Shown: in pieces, positions 1 to 7,629 of the stretch
How positions within the stretch are numbered: position 1 is the stretch's first letter
Layout of the letters: every line of letters starts with the position of its first letter
Assembly: GCA_051003155.1 (NCBI GenBank)
Contig: JBPCLO010000051.1
Location: 96,001 to 160,000 of the forward strand
Reading direction: 5' to 3'
DNA: 64,000 bases
DNA from: Fimbriimonadales bacterium
Lineage (GTDB): Bacteria; Armatimonadota; Fimbriimonadia; Fimbriimonadales; ATM1
Program-made: the position numbers and the translations under genes
The notes under the pieces: model-generated
What the model was told of the DNA's origin: nothing
Database searches by the model: none
The model's input: only the letters and a program-made list of their open reading frames with translations

Positions 1-3000
1 CAACGAAGCCGGATCCCTCTTCAGGACCTTAACTTGAAACCACCGCGACAGGTCGTCCACGATGGCGTGCATCACGGGGATATCAAGGAGCGAAAGGACG
101 GTCCCCACGATCAGTCCTCCGATGATCACCGTGCCGAGCGGCTGGTATGCGTCGATGCCCGTCTTGGGCCAAAAAGCCACGCCCGCCATAACGACGATCG
201 TAATGAGGGAGGTCATCAGAATGGGCCGGAGCCGTTGTGGGGCAGCCTTTGCGATCGCCTCGTTGCGCGGAAGGCCCTGATTGCGATAAGAAAGAATGAG
301 GTCGATGATCAGAATCGCTGTCACGATGTCCATCCCGCTCAGGATGATGATCCCCAATATCGAAACGGTCGAGAACGCTTGGTGCGTGAGCCAGAGCATG
401 AAGAACACGCCGCTGAGCTCGAGCGGCAGGCTAAAGATCATCTGCAGGGGCTGCAAGAACCCGCCGAACTGCGCCACCAATATGAGATACATCAAGAGTA
501 ACGCGACGCCGAGGCCGTACATCATCACGCGGAAGCTGTCCATCATTTGCGTCATATCGCCGCGAGCTTCGATGCCGTAGCCGGGCGGCCAGTTCATTTG
601 CGACTGCGCCTTCATTTGCATGTCCATGGTCACGTCCATGCTCGGGCGGCCGTCCTTGCGGTAGTAGCCGCCGATGCTGATTACCCGTCGCAGCTGGTCG
701 TGCTCGATCATGCTCGGCGCCATACGCTTTTCCAGGCTTACCAACTCCAGAAGCGGAATCTGCTCGCCGTTCATGCCCGTGACGAACATGCCCTCCAAGT
801 CGGTGAGGTTATCGTGCTGCTCTTCAGCGAACCGAACTTGTATAGTGGCAGGTCGTTTGTTGGGTAGGCGATAGAACTCGGTAGTGTATCCACCTCGAAG
901 CGCGTAGTAGGCCTGATCCGCGATCATCGCGGGGGTAAGCCCGTGCGCCAGCGCCTTGCTCTTCTCGACGACCAGATCGTATGTCGGCTTGCTCATCTCC
1001 CAACTGAGAAAAGGCTGCGCCATGTCGGGTTTGTTGTTGCGTGGGTCCTTCACTTGCTCTTCGGCGATCTTCAGCGCTTCTTTGCCCATCATGTCGAGTA
1101 GCTGCAAGTCTTTCCCGTAGATAACAAGCGCCACAGGCGCGAGGGCAGTAGCCATGACGTCGCTTCCCATCTCTTTGATCTGGATTCGGCGGATGCCGGG
1201 AATTTCGGCCATGGCTCGGTGATGAATTTTGTCGATGATCTTCCAGATGTCGGGCCGGCCGGTGTCCTTGTCCGAAAAGGTCATCATCGCGCTCAGGCCG
1301 CTGACCGTATTCATGCCGTAGCCCGTGAAATACGCCCCCCCCGCCATGCCGGGGCCGCCCTCGTTGCCTATTTCGGCGCTCACGTGCTCGATCCAGCCGT
1401 TGCTCCCTCCTTCCTCCATCATGATTTGCTCCAGACGCCGGGCGGACTTTTCGGTCGCAGCGAACGAAGTGCCTGGTTTCATCTCCATTTGGATGCTCGC
1501 CTGCCCCACGTCGGCGAGCGGCATCATCTCGCTTCCGATAAAATAGTAAAACCCAAACCCGATCACGATCGTGATCCCGATGCGCACAAAGTTGGCGAGT
1601 GGGTTCCTGAGCATCCACCGGATCAGGCGCTCGTAACCTCGCTCCAAGCCCGACAACCAGTTATCGAAGGGGCGGAGAAAATACCTGGAGAACCACGTTT
1701 GCGCACGCTCGTCAGGGGACTGCATGAAGCACGAGCAGAGCACTGCGGTCAGGGTCATCGAAACCATGTAGCTGAAAATCAGTCCGAAGATGATCGGCCA
1801 GCAGAGCCCGACGAACATCAGCTGCGTAATCCCCCCGCTCATCATAAGCGGAATGAGCGCAACAATGAGCACGATCGTCGCAGCCAGCACCGAGCGGCGC
1901 ACTTCTGTTATGCCATCTATCGTGGCGGTGCGGCGGTCCTTCCCCATCCGCATGTGCCGCTCCACTGCGTGGATGTCGATAATCGCGTCGTCGACCAATC
2001 TCCCCATCGCGATCAAAAGGCCGATCAGCGTACTCGAGTTGAGGCTCATGCCCAAGCCGGACATCGCAAGCAATGACATGGCGAGCGAGGTCGGGATGGC
2101 TGTGAGCGCGATTACGGTGCCGCGCCACTCGCCGAGGAAGAAAAGCACCGCGAGGCCGGTCAGTAAGATCGCGATCGCCAACTCCTCCCACATGTTGTGG
2201 AACAGGGTGTCCACGAAGCTGGAGTTATCGTATGCGACTTCGAACTTGATGCCCGGGTTTTCCGTTTCGAGACTTCGGGCGATCTGCATGACTGCGTCGA
2301 TCGTCGCCGGGGAACTCGCATCGGGGTTTTGAAGGACGCTTACAGCGATCGCGTTTCTATCCACTTTGCCGCCGTGCATGTGGTGATAAGCAGAGCGCTG
2401 CTCCACGAATGTATCCGAGACCTCCGCGACGTCCCCGACCTTGACCACCCTGTCGCCGTCTGCCTTGATGGGATAGGCGTTGACCGTTTCGGCATCTTTG
2501 GCGAGAGTGTCGATGCGGAGGATAGGCTCCGTTGCATCGCTCGTTACCTGGCCAGCGGGTTTGGCTACGTTGTTCTCGTCGACGGCTTTGCGAACGTCCG
2601 CAAGCGATAGCCCGTAGCTCACCAGCTTGTCGCGGTCGACCCGCACTTGAAGTTGACGACGGTATCCGCCGAAAGGCGAAACGGTGTAGATGTTCCTGTG
2701 CGCCGACTTGAACCGGTTGATGACCTCGTTGTCGGCGAAGTCGCGGAGGCGCGCACCGTCCCAGCCCATCTTCTCGTCGCCGGTTAGGCTCAACGTGAGT
2801 ACCGGCAGGTTCAACGGGTCCACTCGCAGAACCCAAGACGGCTTCAGGTTGGCCCCCGTGCCGGGCAGGTCGGCTTGCACTACGTTCAGAAGACTCTGCA
2901 CCTCCACCTGCGCCTTCTGCATGTCAGTGCCATACGGGTACTCCAAAACCACCATGCTGAACCCGTCTTGGCTCACGGAACGGATATAGCGAACCTGCGG

Positions 3001-3261
3001 CACGTTGACCATGCGCTGCTCGATCGGGCCCGAGAAATAGGTTTCCATTTCCTGTGCGCCAAGCCCGGGCATTTCGGTCACGATCCCGAGCATCGGGCTT
3101 TCGACGTACGGCATGAACCGGCGCGGCATCAAGGAGCCGATTGCGACGATCCCTAAGACGAGCATCGCCAAGAAGAAGGCGGCAATTACGTACGGGTTGT
3201 CTACCGACCAGCGGACCAGGTTGAACCCACCCGATTCGCGGTCTCCGTTAGTGGCCCTCAT
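1..3261 (-). CDS. RND-family efflux permease (AcrB/CusA-like); 3' end runs off the window edge
   Basis: Absent from the ORF track because there is no stop in the window. Manual translation from ATG 3261 gives MRATNGDRESGGFNLVRWSVDNPYV...GLGAQEMETYFSGPIEQ...; TM4 motif AMGRLVDDAII; C-terminal RLRPILMTS...AYQPLGTVIIGGL. Overlaps the stop of the upstream adaptor gene. Confidence 0.93.
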   Translation of the reverse strand, partial: MRATNGDRESGGFNLVRWSVDNPYVIAAFFLAMLVLGIVAIGSLMPRRFMPYVESPMLGIVTEMPGLGAQEMETYFSGPIEQRMVNVPQVRYIRSVSQDGFSMVVLEYPYGTDMQKAQVEVQSLLNVVQADLPGTGANLKPSWVLRVDPLNLPVLTLSLTGDEKMGWDGARLRDFADNEVINRFKSAHRNIYTVSPFGGYRRQLQVRVDRDKLVSYGLSLADVRKAVDENNVAKPAGQVTSDATEPILRIDTLAKDAETVNAYPIKADGDRVVKVGDVAEVSDTFVEQRSAYHHMHGGKVDRNAIAVSVLQNPDASSPATIDAVMQIARSLETENPGIKFEVAYDNSSFVDTLFHNMWEELAIAILLTGLAVLFFLGEWRGTVIALTAIPTSLAMSLLAMSGLGMSLNSSTLIGLLIAMGRLVDDAIIDIHAVERHMRMGKDRRTATIDGITEVRRSVLAATIVLIVALIPLMMSGGITQLMFVGLCWPIIFGLIFSYMVSMTLTAVLCSCFMQSPDERAQTWFSRYFLRPFDNWLSGLERGYERLIRWMLRNPLANFVRIGITIVIGFGFYYFIGSEMMPLADVGQASIQMEMKPGTSFAATEKSARRLEQIMMEEGGSNGWIEHVSAEIGNEGGPGMAGGAYFTGYGMNTVSGLSAMMTFSDKDTGRPDIWKIIDKIHHRAMAEIPGIRRIQIKEMGSDVMATALAPVALVIYGKDLQLLDMMGKEALKIAEEQVKDPRNNKPDMAQPFLSWEMSKPTYDLVVEKSKALAHGLTPAMIADQAYYALRGGYTTEFYRLPNKRPATIQVRFAEEQHDNLTDLEGMFVTGMNGEQIPLLELVSLEKRMAPSMIEHDQLRRVISIGGYYRKDGRPSMDVTMDMQMKAQSQMNWPPGYGIEARGDMTQMMDSFRVMMYGLGVALLLMYLILVAQFGGFLQPLQMIFSLPLELSGVFFMLWLTHQAFSTVSILGIIILSGMDIVTAILIIDLILSYRNQGLPRNEAIAKAAPQRLRPILMTSLITIVVMAGVAFWPKTGIDAYQPLGTVIIGGLIVGTVLSLLDIPVMHAIVDDLSRWFQVKVLKRDPASL

Positions 3262-4960
3262 GTGCTCCCGGAGCGTTGCTTCCCTTGGGAAGAGCTGTTG
3301 GACCGTTCGGGCTCCAACGGACCTCCTGGATCGGCGTACCCTCGATCAGGTTTTCGTGTCCCGCATAGATCACGCGGTCACCGTCTTTCAGGCCGCTCAA
3401 GACGGAGACGTACTCGCCGTCCGAAGCGCCGGTCTCCACCTTTCGACGCGTCGCGATGGCCTTGCTTGTAGCCTCGCGGGGTGTCAAGTCCATCTTGCAA
3501 ATGGGACAAACTCCGGGTCCGCGCTCGCTAACCTCCGGATGCATCGTGCAAGTCCAATCGGTCTTCGCTTCGCCCTTTCGCACTGCGACCACCCAGACGA
3601 ACTTCGCACCGTTAGAATCGCTCCGAATCGCGCTCTCCCGCACCGCCAAACCTTGCTTCGCTCCTCGGGCAGCGATTGATACTTTTGCGAACGAGCCGGG
3701 CATTAGCGCCCTGTCGACATTGCTTATGACGGCTTCCACGGTGAAGGTGCGAGTGGACGTCTCGGCCGCCGGGAATATGCTGGTGATCGTTCCGGTTCGG
3801 CTAATGGTGCCCGATTTGACTTCGACGGGCGAGCCTACCCTGAGGCTACCAGCGAGGCGCGAAGGAACCTGCGCCTGGACACGGACCCTCTTGATCACTT
3901 TCAATTTGAGCACCGTCTGGCCGGGCTGGACAAGGCTGCCGGGGCTTACGAGACGCTCCGAAACGACCGCGTCATCGAGCGCACGCAGCTGGCGGTAGCC
4001 TGAAATGATGCTAGCGGTTCCCGCTCCGCTGCCGACGGCTTTTGCTTCGACTCGTCGAGCTGCAACTTCCGCCTGCGCTTTAGCGATCTCCCTTTCGGCT
4101 TCGGTGACGCGTTTCCTGGCAGCCGTGTGGTTGCCTATTGCAGCTGAGATTGCGTGGTCTGCGGTAAGCACACGCGATTGCGCGGCGTCGGCACCTCGAA
4201 CCGCGGTCTCCACCTCGGCCTTCGCCGAACGTACTTTCGCAGCCTGAGCGTCGCGCGCCGCCTTGGCCGCCTGGAAGTCATCGAGCGAAATCGCATCTGC
4301 GTCGTACAGACGCTGCTGCCGCTCCAGCTTCTGTTCGGCATAAACGAGATCGGCCTCCGTCTCGTCGACGTCCGCATGTTTCGCTTTTATTTCCTCGCGC
4401 GCCTTTACCGCCTCGATGCTCATCGACGTTCGATTCGCCCGCGCTTGGCGTTCGGCAGCCGCCATCGCACCTATCTCTATGGCGGCGCGATCTCTAGCCG
4501 CTCTCAATCGCGCGACCTCCCGCTCCGCCACGGTGACCAGCGCGAGCCCTGCCTGACCTTCCAGCCCGGCCTGGGCAGCTTGTGTTGCGTACTCGTCGGC
4601 CTCCAGTCGTACCAAAAGCTGTCCGGCTTTGACCAGGTCACCGGGATAAGCAGAAATCGCGACGACGCGCCCCGGAATTCGGGCGACAACGTCTTCGGCG
4701 CTGTAGGCCATCACGGTTCCCGGGAAGGCGTCCTTGCCTCCCACGCCGCGCGCCGTCACTTCTTCGACCCCGACCGGCTGCGTTCCAGGAGGCGATTTCA
4801 TGGCGGTCATGTCCATCGCTTGAGACTCGATTGGCGTCATCGAGCCTGGGTGGCGGTTCTTGATGACCACCCAGCGGACGATAAAGAACGTAGCTACCAT
4901 CGCCAAGAGAGACAGAATCAGGACCCAGTTTTTCGAACGTGGAAAAGCATGTTCAGACAT
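3248..4960 (-). CDS. RND periplasmic adaptor (membrane fusion protein) with heavy-metal-binding domain
   Basis: N-terminal TM anchor, split lipoyl motifs (GRVVAISAYPGDLVKAGQLL; DAVVSERLVSPGSLVQPGQ), TRTFTVEA barrel motif, and WTCTMHPEV-x4-PGVCPICKMDL metal motif. ATG 4960 follows AAGGAAGG (the ORF track extends to 4984). Confidence 0.9.
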   Translation of the reverse strand: MSEHAFPRSKNWVLILSLLAMVATFFIVRWVVIKNRHPGSMTPIESQAMDMTAMKSPPGTQPVGVEEVTARGVGGKDAFPGTVMAYSAEDVVARIPGRVVAISAYPGDLVKAGQLLVRLEADEYATQAAQAGLEGQAGLALVTVAEREVARLRAARDRAAIEIGAMAAAERQARANRTSMSIEAVKAREEIKAKHADVDETEADLVYAEQKLERQQRLYDADAISLDDFQAAKAARDAQAAKVRSAKAEVETAVRGADAAQSRVLTADHAISAAIGNHTAARKRVTEAEREIAKAQAEVAARRVEAKAVGSGAGTASIISGYRQLRALDDAVVSERLVSPGSLVQPGQTVLKLKVIKRVRVQAQVPSRLAGSLRVGSPVEVKSGTISRTGTITSIFPAAETSTRTFTVEAVISNVDRALMPGSFAKVSIAARGAKQGLAVRESAIRSDSNGAKFVWVVAVRKGEAKTDWTCTMHPEVSERGPGVCPICKMDLTPREATSKAIATRRKVETGASDGEYVSVLSGLKDGDRVIYAGHENLIEGTPIQEVRWSPNGPTALPKGSNAPGAHEGH

Positions 4961-5029
4961 ACGCGAACCTTCCTTGCAAATCAATTAGAGACGAAACGGC
5001 GCCGGCCAATCGATGGCCGAGCACCTAGG

Positions 5030-5398
5030 TTACGCGAAGAAGGGCGGAGCTCTGAGGGTCTGGGTGGAGAGGTCGGGAGTTCTTATTCTCGGTGGCTCGG
5101 CCCTTAGGACGGGAGCCGGTCGCGCAGTTGCTGCAGGTTCTGAAAAATACGCGGCCTCGGCGGGCAAGAGTCCGGGTGCGATCCTTACAAGAACCTTCAT
5201 GAAATCAGCTTCCGGCTGCTCTTTCTTGGTCAGGATTCGGCAGTCTTCGATGGGCTGATCACAGCAGCTCCGCTTCTCTTCACAAGCGCATTTGGGGGAA
5301 GCCGATTTTTCGGGACACGCGCAAACCAAATACGCGGCTCCGGCTTGGCCCATGAGCAGCGCGATGAGAATCGCGAAGGAGATGGCCCGTTTCAACAA
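5030..5398 (-). CDS. Cys-rich exported small protein with C-terminal RAPP motif (DUF2946/CruR/CutF-like leader)
   Basis: Signal peptide-like N-terminus, CAC..CAC..CC..C cluster, Pro-rich tail ending LRAPPFFA; directly upstream of the efflux genes. Confidence 0.7.
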   Translation of the reverse strand: MLKRAISFAILIALLMGQAGAAYLVCACPEKSASPKCACEEKRSCCDQPIEDCRILTKKEQPEADFMKVLVRIAPGLLPAEAAYFSEPAATARPAPVLRAEPPRIRTPDLSTQTLRAPPFFA

Positions 5399-5403
5399 CC
5401 TAA

Positions 5404-5432
5404 ATTATATCATTCCTCGGTTGAAACAACAA
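5404..5432 (-). promoter_or_regulatory. Sigma70-type promoter for the leader/efflux operon
   Basis: Minus strand TTGTTG-17 nt-TATAAT with extended -10 TG, 5 nt before TTG 5398. Confidence 0.65.
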
Positions 5433-5566
5433 AAGCAGCCACAAGCGGGTTCCCGCGTTCCTATTCCCATCACTAGGTCTGTGGCGCCATCGCGGATGTC
5501 TACAGCTCGCCCGGGGATGTCTACAGTCGTGCCGCTGAGGTCAGTGTCGCACCGCTGAGGTCAGCA

Positions 5567-5654
5567 GTCATTCCGACCGAAGCGGAGCGAAGCGGAGGAA
5601 TCTTCGTCAGTCTCGTCGGCGAGCGAAAGATCGCTCGACTTCGCTCGGGATGAC
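5567..5654. repeat. REP-like palindromic element
   Basis: GTCATTCCGACCGAAGCGGAGCGAAGCGGAGGAATCT ... AGATCGCTCGACTTCGCTCGGGATGAC, an imperfect inverted repeat of the widespread GTCAT...GATGAC type. Confidence 0.7.
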
Positions 5655-5674
5655 GGCCGGTCGCACTGCTGACG

Positions 5675-7573
5675 TCAGCGACGACCCTTGAAAATGTTGC
5701 CGAGAACTCCGCGGACGATTGCCCTACTAATTTGTCCTCCCATCCCTCGCAGAACGCTTTTGGCCAGTATCTCGCCAGTAGAGTCACGATCGCTGCCTCT
5801 GCCCTCTACTTGACCATCGTAGATGTCTTCCGCTGGTTCGGAATAGCCATAGCCTAATTCAGGGCTCGAATGGGCCTTCCGCAAGGCTTGCTCTGACTTC
5901 TTCTCTGCGCTGCGATACTCCCACGGCGGGATCGGGCGTGCCCATAGACCTCTACCAGCAGTTCGAGCCTCGTCCTGAGCCGCGAACAAGTCGACATCAT
6001 GGTTAGAGCATTCTTTGCTGCACCATGCAACCCCGGCTAAAATAAGTTGACGGCTCACATCATGTCCGCCGACGGTTACACGACCCAGCACCCGTTCATA
6101 CATCCCGCCGCCTCGTATCTCGACCGCAACTTCCTTGCCGAAGATTAGAGAGGCCAAGTACTCCTTTGCTTCCGCGGAATGCGGTTGGCCCAATTCGGGC
6201 GCGTCAACGCCGTATAGCCTTACTTTTAGGTCCACGGATGTGCGAAGCGTGAAGCTGTCGCCGTCACGGACGTCCGTAACGGTTCCGATAAGAACGGAAC
6301 CACCCATCGATGAAGCAGAGTCTTTCGTGCGCACTTCTTCAAGGCTGGTCCATGCGCGGCTTCGCAAAAACTCGTATGCTGACGGTCGGTCGAGCACGCT
6401 GCGGTACTTCTTCTCCATTGGATCGATGGCCAATAAGTCTTTCAGCTCCTCAGCAGTCAATCCCTCGGATCGCGATCTCGGGTGCGCAAGCTCGATTTCC
6501 CCAGAAAACCCATCCGCTTCATTGACGCTGCTTATCGATGTCAGCAATCCGCTACGGGAGGTTGAAGGTTGCGGTGATTGCACAGTATCAGCCGATTGCG
6601 TCGGCACTTCCTCGCCGTCATCGCTCGACCCGATCGCAAAAGTGTTGCCCACAAGGGACGAAGGAACCTCGGCCGCGGTGTCCGCAATGAAGAACAAGCC
6701 GACGCCTTTTGCGCCGATCAAACGCACAGCTTCCTCAAACCGAGTCAGCACATCTGGTCGGACTTTGAATAACAGCTGTGCCTCATCAAGAAACACCGCC
6801 AGCCTCGGCTTTTCATAGGAGTCTATCGCGGGCAACTCCTCGAACAACTCAGACAGCAAAGCGAGGGAAAAGCCCGTAGATAAAGCGGGATCCCCAAGAT
6901 ATTGCTTGGCGGCAATGATGTTAACATAACCGTATCCTTCTTGGTCCAATTCCTGCAAGTCCGGAACATTTAGTGCAGGCTCTCCGAAGAACGCATCACC
7001 CCCGTTGATTTCGAACATGGTGATCGCCTTCTGGATCGCACCGTCCGTGACGTCGTAATACTCTGAAGTACCCGTTTGCTGTTGTTCTTGAAAAGCTATC
7101 ATCGAACGCAAGTCCTTTAGATCGAGCATCAAGAGTCCGTTCTGATCAGCGACCGTAAACGCAGCATCCAATGGCGGTTGCGATTTGCCGTCGAGACCCA
7201 GCAACACGGAAAGCAAAACCGGGCCCAGGTCACTGACCGTTGTGCGCATCGGAATTCCCGAACGGCCCAGGGGATCCCATACACGGCATGGAAACCCTCG
7301 AGGCGTCGGAACCGTTGCGGATGTTTCCTCGCCATCTCCGCTTTGAGGTTCACTGTCTGCAGGTTTGCCTACTCCTGATAGGTCACCCGAAAAATCGACG
7401 CATATGACCGGCACGCCGATGGAGCTAAACCCTTCGACTAAAATCTTGGCTACGCGAGTCCTGTCAGTGCGCGAAATACTGGCAATAACACCGTGATTTA
7501 AGGCCGTGATGGGATCCACGCACGCATCCGTATCACCGCGTCCAAGGAAAATGCCCTTTGGTGAGTCGCCCAC
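5675..7573 (-). CDS. Degenerate DUF853/HerA-like ATPase fused to staphylococcal nuclease (SNase/thermonuclease) domain
   Basis: N-terminal ~310 aa are colinear with the neighbouring DUF853 protein, but Walker A is replaced by ASISRTDRT. SNase motifs VRDGDSF, VRLYGVDAPE, YERVLG, AQDEARTAGRGLW, PPWEYR. Confidence 0.85.
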   Translation of the reverse strand: MGDSPKGIFLGRGDTDACVDPITALNHGVIASISRTDRTRVAKILVEGFSSIGVPVICVDFSGDLSGVGKPADSEPQSGDGEETSATVPTPRGFPCRVWDPLGRSGIPMRTTVSDLGPVLLSVLLGLDGKSQPPLDAAFTVADQNGLLMLDLKDLRSMIAFQEQQQTGTSEYYDVTDGAIQKAITMFEINGGDAFFGEPALNVPDLQELDQEGYGYVNIIAAKQYLGDPALSTGFSLALLSELFEELPAIDSYEKPRLAVFLDEAQLLFKVRPDVLTRFEEAVRLIGAKGVGLFFIADTAAEVPSSLVGNTFAIGSSDDGEEVPTQSADTVQSPQPSTSRSGLLTSISSVNEADGFSGEIELAHPRSRSEGLTAEELKDLLAIDPMEKKYRSVLDRPSAYEFLRSRAWTSLEEVRTKDSASSMGGSVLIGTVTDVRDGDSFTLRTSVDLKVRLYGVDAPELGQPHSAEAKEYLASLIFGKEVAVEIRGGGMYERVLGRVTVGGHDVSRQLILAGVAWCSKECSNHDVDLFAAQDEARTAGRGLWARPIPPWEYRSAEKKSEQALRKAHSSPELGYGYSEPAEDIYDGQVEGRGSDRDSTGEILAKSVLRGMGGQISRAIVRGVLGNIFKGRR

Positions 7574-7629
7574 GCAATCATTCTACCGAGACATCTCGTC
7601 CCAAGGAAGGACCCCGACGAAGAAGCGGA

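Noticed and set aside
34..3156. Numerous plus-strand ORFs of 60-285 aa
   Set aside because: Antisense shadows of the RND permease; the same applies to most overlapping ORFs in this GC-rich track.
5494..5564. Short repeats as a mini CRISPR array
   Set aside because: Two different 12-13-bp repeats with 7-9-bp gaps and no cas genes; wrong dimensions.
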